From Seison nebaliae (Eukaryota), in contig JALJEE010002208.1 of NCBI GenBank assembly GCA_023231475.1, positions 62,001 through 106,261 of the forward strand: a stretch of 44,261 nucleotides of DNA, read 5' to 3'. Below, piece by piece: positions 12,928 through 24,113 of this stretch. The first letter of the stretch is position 1. The number at the start of each line of letters is the position of its first letter. Below the pieces are notes generated by a model that saw only the letters and a list, made by a program, of their open reading frames with translations, searched no databases and had not been told where the DNA came from. The translations under genes were made by a program, and so were the position numbers.

Positions 12928-14089
12928 TTATAAGAGAGCATATGCATTCCTTTCGATCAATTCGGTGGTGTACCATAATTTATATGCAGCTAGTGCGGCT
13001 ATCCCAAAACCGGTCATTTCAGAATTACAATACATATCGTGTGCAAATTCTTTATCTTTTTCCACAGAGTGTTTATCTTCGAAGCAACCGAAACTGTTTT
13101 GCCACACTGTTATTCTTTTGAATATTGATTTTGTAAATACTTTTTCCAAACCATACAAACCGATAAATACAACTAGTAATAAAACTTGGTAAAAACTCCT
13201 GAAATAATTTTAACAAACTTTCTTGTAAGAATGTCGTTCTCAATTTCGATGTTCTATCGGATCTTTTCGAAATTAAATCGTTTAGTAATAATATTCCGAT
13301 TTTACGACGTTTCTCATTATTTGTCGCATTATTTACTGTTACAACGCTCAAACAATTCGATTGTTCGATTAATAGAAAGAAAAGAGATGAATACAATAAT
13401 CTCTCAGATCCATAAGCTAATCCGTCGTCTGCATATTTTAAGCATCGTTTAAATGTCTTACAACTAGATCAGAATTAATGTTACTAATTTTTAAAAGTTC
13501 AATTGATAAATAACTTTTCTTTGAGATTTATAATACATTTTCGCATAAATTGTTTATCGAAATGAATATCCATTTTATTAGAAAACTTCATTTTTTTATC
13601 TATTTCAAATATCTGCCATGGTAACGTATGATTAGTATAAGCGCCTTCATGATTCAATAACATTCTCAAAAAGATGTGGACTGAATCGGAAAATTCTTCT
13701 TTATCCACAGATCGAATTATTTCCCCCAATTGATGAATTTGTGAATTTGTAGTTTCATTAACTGAAGTGAGAATTATTGAAAGTTTTTTCTTCTTTCTCA
13801 ATCTACTTGTTAATGAGATTAGAATTTTTTGAATCTCCTTCAAATAATCAGTTGCTAATCTTATCCCAAATATTCCATCGATCAATAATACGTTTGGTAA
13901 CGTTTTGTAGAAATCAATGGATTTCTTCAGATTAAGCTCTGCACTTGCTAACAGATGTTTCAAGTGAGAGTTCAACGTTCCTCTATTGCCCCTTCCATAC
14001 GTTCCAATTATTGAAGACATACTGTAGAAAACTAATAATGATATTAACAAAGATGATCGCCCTGATTTATTGGCATGAGAAAGTTTCAT
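12928..14089 (-). CDS. UPF0764/C16orf89-like secreted or membrane-anchored protein
   Basis: Introns 13464-13514 and 13173-13218 join three ORFs. Motifs IDGIFGIRL, FLQEIVFIGLYG, ITVWQNSFGCF and CNSEMTGFGIAALAAY resemble C16orf89 as I recall it (LDG..G.R; ILSWQ...GCF; CSSH.TA.A.AAL). Confidence 0.7.
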
Positions 14090-14599
14090 GTTTAATTTTA
14101 ATTTTCAAAAAATCTACGGCAAATAAGTTAACTGAACTGAAAGTAAATAAAATGAATATTGTTCTCATTCGATTGAATTACTAAATGAACCCTAACTAAT
14201 TGAACAGTAATACATTTAACTATTTATATTGAATTATATAATCAATCGATAATTTAAACTTTAAAGATGGACATGGAGCAGAATAATCTATTCTTTGTTT
14301 TTTCTAATAATAATTCTCCCGAATTTCGATAACTCTAATTCGATTATTTTCGTGCAGCTAAATTTGGAAGATGAATTCCAGTGGAATAGTCGAATCAATT
14401 TAGGTATTCTCTTCTCGGTGTGAATTGTTCATCGTTAAATCAATATATTAATTATATTAAATTGTTTTAAATTGAACTAACAAATTTTAAGATAAAAGAA
14501 AGAGAGTAAATGGAACAATCAAATAGATTTTAAAAGTTGAAAATTTCATATTGAATTACAATCGACTTCATGAATTTTTATTCAGCAAAGAACCATACA

Positions 14600-15349
14600 A
14601 TGAGCGGATTATTTCAATTCGCTACAATTACAGCGGTTACTCATCCGATATTCCGGTATAGTATGCTTAGTAATCTTCGAGTTTCATATTCGAAGGATGG
14701 ACAAGAATCTTTCATGAAAAACATGAAGGGAATGCTTGAATATAATGGAATCGGTTCATTATACAAAGGTCTTCCATTGGCGATCACTCATCAGTTTGTT
14801 GAGGATAAAGTGAAGGAAAAGATTGAGAGCGAAATATGTCAATTAGCAGATAAATATACGAGAATTGATATTCGTTTAAATCGAAATCAATTAATGATTT
14901 CTTGGATGTCTTCCACTTTATCAATTATCATTACTCAGCCACTTCACGTCCTGTCCATTTTAGCTATTACTGATCTCTCTAATTATTGTTCAGATTTCGA
15001 AGCAAGACCTTTAATTGATTTCAAATCTTATAACTTCTTTAATTTATGGAATGGAACTTTATCTCATATTTTAGCTAATTCAGTTCGTTATATTGGGACG
15101 TTCTCTACGAATAGATGGTATCAATTATTTGCTTCATATATTATCTACACCATCTCTCAAGATTATTATCGGATTGAACATTGGGAAGCAATTCAGAATA
15201 GTACGTCGATATTAGCACATCCTTCTCATTTTCAAATTCCTGAATCGATTCATTGGAGAATGTTAAGGAGAATGTTCAATTTCTTAGGAATAAAAAATTA
15301 TCTCCAATCACCAGATTTATCGAGTCGTGCGGTAATGTTTATTCGATAA
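14600..15349 (+). CDS. Divergent mitochondrial carrier-fold protein, MTCH1/2-like
   Basis: AVTHPIFRYSML, GIGSLYKGL, IITQPLHVLSI and NLWNGTLSHIL are degenerate SLC25 repeats, and the C-terminus resembles MTCH. ATG 14600 is preferred over 14570 because TTCAG at 14581-14585 looks like an acceptor of a 5'UTR intron. Confidence 0.65.
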   Translation: MSGLFQFATITAVTHPIFRYSMLSNLRVSYSKDGQESFMKNMKGMLEYNGIGSLYKGLPLAITHQFVEDKVKEKIESEICQLADKYTRIDIRLNRNQLMISWMSSTLSIIITQPLHVLSILAITDLSNYCSDFEARPLIDFKSYNFFNLWNGTLSHILANSVRYIGTFSTNRWYQLFASYIIYTISQDYYRIEHWEAIQNSTSILAHPSHFQIPESIHWRMLRRMFNFLGIKNYLQSPDLSSRAVMFIR

Positions 15350-15595
15350 GAAAAAATGTCTTGGCTTCGTTTACATTATTCCTTTGTTTCTTAATTCAAA
15401 TAAATGTTTATTTCGTAATACAAAATAAAAAGTAATTTTTCATGTTTACAATATGAGTTAAAGTTGTATTTATCACTTGTTGATTTTATGTTGTGAGAAT
15501 GTTCGAGTTCAAAAGCATTATAACGCTGTGATTTCACTTTGATACTTTATATTGATTCAACTATATTAATTCTGTGTAACTAACTTGTGAAAGAC

Positions 15596-15675
15596 GGTAG
15601 CGTGGCCGAGTGGTCTAAGGCGCTGGTTTAAGGCACCAGTCCGAAAGGGCGTGGGTTCGAATCCCACCGCTATCA
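15596..15675 (+). tRNA. tRNA-Leu(AAG)
   Basis: Acceptor stem GGTAGCG/CGCTATC, D-loop TGGCCGAGTGG, anticodon arm CTGGT-TTAAGGC-ACCAG, variable arm, GGTTCGAATCC, downstream T-run. Confidence 0.97.
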
Positions 15676-16015
15676 AAAATAATTTTTATTTATTTTTTAT
15701 CTAACAAATTTTTTTTATTTTTAAAATATATGAAAAAGAATATCAACAAAATCCATAGACATTTACAGAGAACATTGAATTGTCATGAATTTTATTAAAT
15801 TAATTTAATTTCAATTGAAAAGTAAAATAATAGGAAAAAATATGAAAAATTACATATTCTTCCACATATGTTTAGCTTTATTCATCTTGAGAATTATAAG
15901 TTAGAATAACTCGAAAAGTAACAATGATAAAAGTAAATATTTTAAATCATTGAAATTCTCACAAACATATTTGTAAAATTGTAATTATTTATCATATAAC
16001 TGATATTGTTCAGGT

Positions 16016-16095
16016 GGTAGCGTGGCCGAGTGGTCTAAGGCGCTGGTTTTAGGCACCAGTCCGAAAGGGCGTGGGTTCGAATCCCACCGCTATCA
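16016..16095 (+). tRNA. tRNA-Leu(TAG)
   Basis: Same body as the 15596 copy; anticodon loop TTTAGGC. Confidence 0.97.
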
Positions 16096-16309
16096 AAAAT
16101 AATTTTTTTCCATTATTTTTTTATTTTAATATTTTTTCTTTTAGGCTATGAAATTATAGGTAAACTCAAATTTATTTTCATTACAGAAAGGAAATTTTTC
16201 AATCTTACCGAAATTGAAATTGAATTTTTCTCGATTGAAATTATAGTGAAGTTAATAATGTCATAATTGATCATGTGATCGATTTTATGGGATAGAACAG
16301 TAATAAATA

Positions 16310-18217
16310 ATGGATAATATCGTAAACTTTATCATTTTAGATAAATCATTGGGACAACATGAAGGAAAGGTTTATTTAATTGGATTGAAATTTGATTAAA
16401 GAATTTCCATAATTAGGAATTAGAGAAAGTGTTGTATTCGTTTTCTTTCAAGAGATATAGAAATCTTGAAGAAAGATTATTTCATTCGATCGGATTAGTA
16501 GAGGCTGTCGTCAAATTGACAAGTGATTTCCTCCCGAATAAACCTTGTGAATTTATTCGGACAAGAAAATTGAAATATATTCTCAACGAATGTACCAAAG
16601 ACATTTGGTCTTGTCTAGTTGGAATTCATTTCTCACTTCTAAATATTATTCAATCGGAAGATCATTAAACGACATTCAAATAAAATTAACAATGAAAAAG
16701 AAATATTGGAGATGTCATGTCGACAGATCATGAAAACAATTTTCCATCTATTTGAAGTTGCCCAAATTTAATTTCATATATAATTTGTAACATTTTCATT
16801 CTATTATCATCAATTTAGTTATTTAACGGAAATATCAATAATCATTCATTGGAGAAAAAAAGGAAATTATTAAAAGAATTTTTCGATAAAGTTCTTTTTT
16901 AAATAATTTTTTTAGTAAATTCAAAAATTTTTTCAGATTTTCAAAACTTTAATTTGGAATGAGATTTTGACTGACGTTAATTGTATATTTCGAGGCATAC
17001 AATTCCATCAATTGTTGAATAATCTCTTCCTGAATTCCCAATCGATTTGTAACGAATTACGAAATGAGATCAACCATAAAATTAAGTCCGTTTTCCTCGT
17101 TTATAATAATCAAGTTATCTGGTTATTTTTTTTCAATAAATTTTCAAAAATTCAAATTTAATTTAGGAGCGATTTCAATCAAGTCACCTCCGTCCTACTC
17201 TATCAATTCCATATGTTGTATACGATATCGGATTATGAGAAGAATTATCGAAATCTAAAAGTTTTTAATTTTTCCTATTTTAAAATTTGAAATAACTGAA
17301 AAATTTGAAGGATAATGAAGAAAATTTAAAAAATTTCAAGTTTATCTTCATCGTTGTTGTTGAAATTGTATCAATTTATTTTAAGTTATATCTTACCAGA
17401 AGTTGAAGATGTTGATGGAATTAACTGTTCGTTTAGTCGAATATTTTATTCGTCTAATGAGAAGGAAAAAAAGGAAGAATATAAATTATTCTCGTATGAT
17501 ATTGTGGAGAAGATAAGAATTTATTTTATCACTTCTTTAGATATAAATAGTTATTTTAAATTTTAAAAAATTTCAAATTTAATTTCCATTTTTCAGATGA
17601 TGAAATTGATGAAATGGAATTATTCATTGAGAGAAATTTCTCAGCTTTGTTACTAATGTTGGAAGGACGGACGAATAAGAGAGAGAGTCGTCTAATGTTG
17701 AAGAGAACGGCAGTGGAATTGAATCGTTCAATTTATAATCCTTTATTGAATCCGAAAAAAGTGTCATATCGATTCTTTTATATTAATCATTTAAATATGG
17801 CACAAAGATCAGCGGGAATACCACATCCAATGAATTTTCATTCGTATTTGAAACATGATAATCAATCTTCAGTTTTATCTGATGAATCACAATTAAATTA
17901 TTTACATACTGTTATATGTCGATTGAAATTAGATTTAAATCGGTTCAGTTCGTTTTAACAAATACTCTTATTTGTCAATTCTCGTTTAGATTAGGTCATC
18001 ATGTGGAGATTATGGAGAAATTGGGAAATAATTGTTGGGTGATAGCGAAGAAATATGGAGAACGAGAATTATATATTCTCATTACTGATTCTAATTACAA
18101 TTTAACGGAAATCGATAGTTTAAATTTAAATTGAAATATCTTTAAAATTATTCTCATTTAGATTATGTCAGATCGATATTCCAAGAGAGTCTAAGAAATA
18201 TATTCTTTCTCGAATGA
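16310..18217 (+). CDS. CCZ1: Vacuolar fusion protein CCZ1 homolog (Mon1-Ccz1 Rab7 GEF subunit), 11 exons
   Basis: Introns 16370-16416, 16618-16660, 16757-16818, 16891-16936, 17122-17166, 17261-17310, 17340-17385, 17550-17596, 17943-17989 and 18118-18161 give one ORF. It has GQHEGKELEKVL, IGLVEAVVKLTSDF, YRFFYINHLNMAQRS, WVIAKKYGERELYILI and the C-terminus RNIFFLE*, all matching CCZ1. Confidence 0.92.
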
Positions 18218-18526
18218 ATATTTAACATTTTTCTCATTCACATTATAATTCTACTTTATTATTAAATCATTTACTCGTTCGAACGTTGAAGTTTGTTCAT
18301 TAATTGGTTCGAAGTTAAATTGCCGTTTAAGAAGTCTTTTGAAGGGGGAAGGAATGATAAATATTAGGAATGTAGGTTGAATGTTGATCATGAATATTGA
18401 TCTAGTTAATATTTCTTATTTACTTTGGATTATGTAGTAAAATATTTATTCTTCTTTTAAATACTTAAAAATTTGTATAAAAACCATAAAAATGTCAGTT
18501 CTCATTCAATTAATCAATTAACAAAT

Positions 18527-19097
18527 ATGAAATTGATCTTAAGTCTTCTCTTCAGTTTATTCTTTTTCTCTGATGCTCATTTCGGAGGAAGAGGAGGAAT
18601 GCCTCAAATGTTTCTGGATAATGTGTTGAATTGTAATCCACCAATGAATTGCCAATTGGATTGTCAATTTGGATTAAAACGATCGACTACCGACATGTGC
18701 CGAATTTGCGAATGTGCTGATGATCCTTGTATGGTTATCTTAAAAATGATGAGACGAAAATCTTAATATTCTTAATTTGAATTTAGGGTGTCACTTGTCG
18801 GGCTGGAGAGGAATGTATAACTAAATTCCCAAAGAATGTTGCCTCATGTTTTCGAAGTTTGGAAATATGTTAAAATATTTCGATTCATAAATTAAATTTT
18901 CAGGTGACATTGTAAAGAAAGTTAACGAAACAATGACGAACTTCATGCAAAATGGAATGGCAGGATTTGGAGGAAACTTTTTCGCACTTAACGGAAATCA
19001 ACAACAGTTCATGAGTTTTGATGGACCAAGTGGTGGTGGTAGTGGCATGTTCGGTCGTCCAAATCGAAGAAATCGCGGTTTCCGAGGAATGTTTTAA
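18527..19097 (+). CDS. Secreted antistasin-domain protein with Gly/Met/Phe-rich low-complexity ends
   Basis: Signal peptide; CNPPMNCQLDCQFGLKRSTTDMCRICEC (antistasin spacing) followed by DPCMGVTCRAGEEC (FOLN-like); introns 18734-18786 and 18857-18903; ends GRPNRRNRGFRGMF*. Confidence 0.75.
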
Positions 19098-19644
19098 GTA
19101 ATCATAAATTTTAATAACTTTCTTTTACTCTAATTCATTTTTGGACTTACAAATTTGAACATCTGATCGAGAGAATATCATTTATTCTTCATAATAAATC
19201 TTCTTCCAACAATCTTCTTTATTATGTATATTCAAAGGATAAAATAATTAAAATTAATTTAAATTCTTCAAACAATCGATTGTTAATTATCTCATCGTAT
19301 ATCTCATTAAGATTTTTTGGGGGAGAATCTTTTTATCGAAAATCGAGATTGATAAAGATTATTTTAATATTTAAACATAATTTTTAAAGTTTCTTGAAAT
19401 GAATTAAAACGACTGTTTTTAAAACAAATAGGTAGTTCGGATGAAGACTGTTCAACATAATGTCTTATGAGATCATATGAAATAAAAGGATAAAAGACGA
19501 TGTCCATCACTGTCCATTATTATCTTATGTTGATGTTACGTCAGAAGTTTATTTTCCCAAAATGAGACGTCATCATTTAAAGTTTTATAAAAGTTAATTA
19601 TTAATCCGGAGATAATGAATTAATTGAACAAAATATTGAGAAAA

Positions 19645-22033
19645 ATGGAAGGTAACAAGTCGTTGCTTATCTTACATATTTTGACGGTGGAGTTTGCTGA
19701 AGAGAAAAATAATGGAAATATTGGAGAAAGAATAATTGTGTTGATGAATGGCGATGATAAATGTTTCAAATTAAAATTATGTCAAATTTAATCTGACGAA
19801 AAAAACATTTCGATTTTAGTGGAAGACAAATCAGGAGAGAAGGATCTCAGTGGAATATATTACTTGAAAGGAAACGATGACGATTTCGTTGCGATTTTCT
19901 TGAATGATACCTGTGTGATGAAGATTGGTTTGGGTGAATTGCGCAATCATGAAGAAAACAAAATATTTGCAGTTTAATAAAATTGAATTAATCTCTAAAA
20001 TTATTTACTTTAGTACTAATTTCTAAAGCATCTTACTGATATCGGAGTTATCCATTATCGCTCGACAATTAGTGACGAAGAGGAAAGTTACAACTTCTCA
20101 TATCCACTCTCATTACAATTGCCATCAGTTCATAATATCGATATAAGAAGAAGTGAATGGCAAAAGGCGAAAAAGATTTATGGTTTCGATGTTCGAGATC
20201 ATCGATTTCGAAAAATCAGAAATTTCTCTTTATACGAATGTGTAATTTGTGAAGAATTAATTTGGTTATTCATCCAATTTATTCTAAAGAAAAATGGAAT
20301 TGTCTATTGAAACTTTTAAAGGAAAACTGGTTATCGATGTCTTAATTGTAAATATACGGTACATCAACGATGTTTCGACATTAAACCATGTGATTGTAGT
20401 GGTAATACTGACAACGTTTAATTAATTAATTAATTAATTGAAAATTATAAAAATATATTTCAATTTAATTTAGAAAAATGAATTAATTGCACATGATTTT
20501 TTGAGTGTAACGATCGTCCCTCAAATCTTTCCTCGAATATGTACCATCTGTGGCGAACGGATTTATGGTTTTAGTAACCAATGTAAAAAATGTCAAAGTT
20601 TTTCTTTCTAATATCTCCAAATTTAATTCATAATATAATTGTAAATCGTTTGAAGAATGTCGAAAATATGCTCATCATAAATGCACAATTAATGCTCCGT
20701 TTAATTGTAGAACAAATGGTAGATACATTCCGCATTTTGGTAGTCAATTGGGCAGTTCGCTACGTAACTTCAATAAATCATGGAAAGGAAGTTCTAAAGA
20801 GAATAGGAAGAAATTAACATTATCAGATTTCGATGCTTATTCACAAATAGGTGATGGTGGATTTGGGAAAGTGTATTTGTGCAAAGCGAAAATCGCAAAA
20901 TTCAATTTCACTAAAAATCAATTAGTGGCAATTAAAGTATTGCCAAAGCAACAAATAATTGATGATGATGATGTGATTAGTTGTTTGTTGGAAAGGAATA
21001 CCACGAAATTAGGAAAGAAAAATAAATTTATCATCTCACTCATTTGTTCATTTACTACGCATGACTCGTTAATGTTAGTCATGGAATTCGCCCATGGTGG
21101 TGACTTAGGGAAATATCTCGAAATGAATGGAGCCCTTGGAAATCATGCGCTAAAATTCTTTACTATTCAAATGTTTCTCGCCATATTTTTTTTGCATAAA
21201 CAAAACATTTTATATCGGTTTCTATTCTAATTCAAATGACGAGTAAATTTTTTAAAATTAATTAATCCATTAATTAGTGATATGAAACCAGATAATTTAT
21301 TCTTAACACAAGAAGGTTATCCAATTTAAATATATTTTTAAATGCTTTCAATGAAAATCAGGATATATCAAATTGGGCGATTTCGGAATGTGTAAACAAT
21401 TACCAGATATCACAACGGAAACTGATACCATTTGTGGTACTTTACATTATATGCCACCTGAAATCATCAAGCGAGAAAATTACAAGTTATTCTTCATTAA
21501 TATTATCTCATTTTTATTTCATTATTTTACTGACTTCTTATTATTTGTTAGTTATACTGTCGATTATTGGAGTTGTGGAACGACAATTTATCAATTGGCC
21601 ACTGGAGCCTATTTATTCAATGGAGTTACAAAACAAAAACTGAAAGAAAACATATTGAAACAGGATAATGTGAAATTAAAATCAGATCCTCTTAACGATC
21701 TCCTAGAGAAGGTTGCTATTTTTCATTTTTCCGAAGGTTATAACCAGAAATGAGAAGTTATTAGAGAAAAATGCGAAAAAACGACAAGCATATTGTCATT
21801 CGGAAATTATTAAACATCATCCATTCCTTCCTTACAAACTATGGCGGAAAATCGAAGATTGCGGAGTCCAATCACCAATTAAAGTTTAACAATTTAAATA
21901 TCAGAAGTCATTAAAGAATTTTGAAAAGGTTAAAAAATTTCGATTGTATGACGATGATCCCATTGAAATTATGAAAAATCCAGTTAATCGAAGTTATGCC
22001 GAACAATTTATCGAATTTTCATTTTATGAATAA
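19645..22033 (+). CDS. Divergent protein kinase C, novel-type layout (N-terminal C2-like region, tandem C1 domains, AGC kinase), 11 exons
   Basis: Introns 19763-19819, 19972-20028, 20265-20321, 20416-20473, 20598-20655, 21218-21277, 21316-21361, 21486-21551, 21712-21757 and 21884-21928. Two C1 zinc fingers, GDGGFGKV, VAIK, YRDMKPDN, DFG, TDTICGTLHYMPPE and hydrophobic motif FIEFSF. Confidence 0.88.
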
Positions 22034-23084
22034 ATTTGAAATATTTTTCACTTTACTAATTTTTTAAATGGTGGTAAAAATATTTGTCGTTGATTATTAT
22101 GATTATATTTTAATACAACAATGTGTTATTGAGGCTTCAAATCATGAATTGATTCAGTAAATGTGAATCTTTGATATTATGGATGTGATTCATAGAAATT
22201 TTTTAGCTTTTTATCGAGTTTTTGTATTCTCGAATCACCGATCTTCTTCATGTTCTACTGTTGTTAAACGAGAGCTCTATTGCTCTCATTCAAAATATAA
22301 AACTTTCCGCTTTTTGATCTCGTTTATATTAACAATGTCAACACTTGGTTACTCCCATCAATTTTACAGTTCCCAAGATTATGTAACCAATTGAATCTTT
22401 AATATCAAACTTTCCAGTCGATAGTCATGTTCTAGAATCTAGAGTATGGATGTGAAGTTGGGAGCAACGAAGCAATGAAAATAGTGTCTAGAGTCTATAA
22501 TCTAGAATCATATAAATATAAGTTAAAAAGTATAAAAAAGAATAAATTGCATGAAAGATATCCGCAAGATTGAGGAAACTTGTCGCAATTTCAATAAACC
22601 AAACTGGAATTTTAAGTAATTTAGGAAAGCGAAAAACTTTATAAAAACGTTCAATGATTGGGTCATATTTCATTTTTATTATAATTTAACATGCTTTTAT
22701 CACAAAGACGTCACCCTTCTCAATGGAAGCACCAGAACGATATTATGTTCATAAAGCTCCTAGATATAATTTTTAGACATTACGTATGGAGGAACAATGC
22801 TTTATTAATTGTTAATCTAATTTGAAACTTTCAAAATTTTGAATCGATATTATTGATTTTATAGCACTTCCTTTAATTTCCTTTATGTGACATTTTCATT
22901 CAATCACGTAATGCAAGTTGAAGTTAGAAAAATAATTTCCAAAGTCAAACAAACATTTGTTTTTATATAAAATATGCTTTAAACTTTCGAAATTTTGATA
23001 GAAATATTTAAAGTAACAAAATTTATGTTTGATAACAACTAACAAGATAACAACTAACTTTGTAAGAAGACACTCCTCAATATT

Positions 23085-24113
23085 ATGTTATTGGAGTTTG
23101 TGTTAATTTGTGTTTTGAACTACGTTCACTGTAAAATGCACAATAGTTATCTTCTCGGAATTATAAAAGATATGGAAAATAAGAACAACGGTAATTCTTA
23201 TATAAAGATCAGCACAAAATTAAATGGACGATTAGTATATGATGCATACGAGAATGGCTTTTCTTGTCATACTGATGAACTAGTAGTTCCAAGAGATAAA
23301 ATTTTTGATATTTCTTGTACCAAAGTGAATAATGTTTATCAAATCATTGAAAGTTTATTCTCTATAAACAAGTGATAAATTGATGATTAACAGCTAGGTT
23401 ACTTGGCCGAATGTTGAAAACAGATTCAAAGTCCCTACCTGATAGATGGGCGGATGGTAATGATTTCGATACTGACGATGATATCAAACAAGATTTAACG
23501 AGATCGTACAAATCACCATTAGTTGTAACATCAATGGATAAATTTAAATATGTTTCATTTTCCACTCAAACTAATTTATTATTTGAATAACTCTTTTAGA
23601 TACAACTCGATATTCATACAAATAATCTGTTGAAATTAAGGATGGTATTTCATAATGATGGAAGCAAATCAACAAATACATGGTTCACACCAGATAATCT
23701 ATATCAAGTTTTTGGACCATACGGAAATGATGTTTATGCTTATCAAATGAATCTCATTAAAGTTCCTTATTTAGTGGATACTTTTTTTAAGTTCTTTCTT
23801 AAAATTTCAATTAATATTCGATAAATTTTTTAAAGAACTCCAGAAGATCACGTAGATCGACAAATATATTGGGTTAAATCGTATGCAGGTTGTCCTAATG
23901 ATCCCTTAACTATTGGGGTTGTTGGAAATTCAGATACCTGTAAAGAAGATTATTCTCCTTCGGTTACAAACAATTATTATATTATTTATTCTCGAGGACC
24001 TGGTCCAATGAATGCAGGTTGGATAAATATCCTAAGTTTAAATTGACAACGCTTATTATATAGCCGGGTATCGTTTTGGGGATGCTCTATCGATTTTTGG
24101 AATCACAGATTAA
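23085..24113 (+). CDS. Secreted protein with an unnamed extracellular domain, 5 exons
   Basis: Signal peptide MLLEFVLICVLNYVHC; four GTT..AG introns give a continuous ORF with SYKSPLV, STNTWFTPDNL, KSYAGCPND and GDALSIFG, ending ITD*. Confidence 0.65.

Noticed and set aside
17340..17385. Apparent duplicated or alternative CCZ1 exon (LSSSLLLKLYQFIL)
   Set aside because: Better explained as a 46-nt GTT..AAG intron; removing it restores frame and alignment (NFNYILPE...CSFSRIF).
21486..21551. Hydrophobic transmembrane-like insertion inside the kinase domain in the ORF track
   Set aside because: It is a 66-nt in-frame intron; splicing gives the expected ENYNYTVDYWS.
22140..22700. Short ORFs and a cluster of TCTAGA words
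   Set aside because: No consistent spliced ORF, periodicity or recognisable homology.
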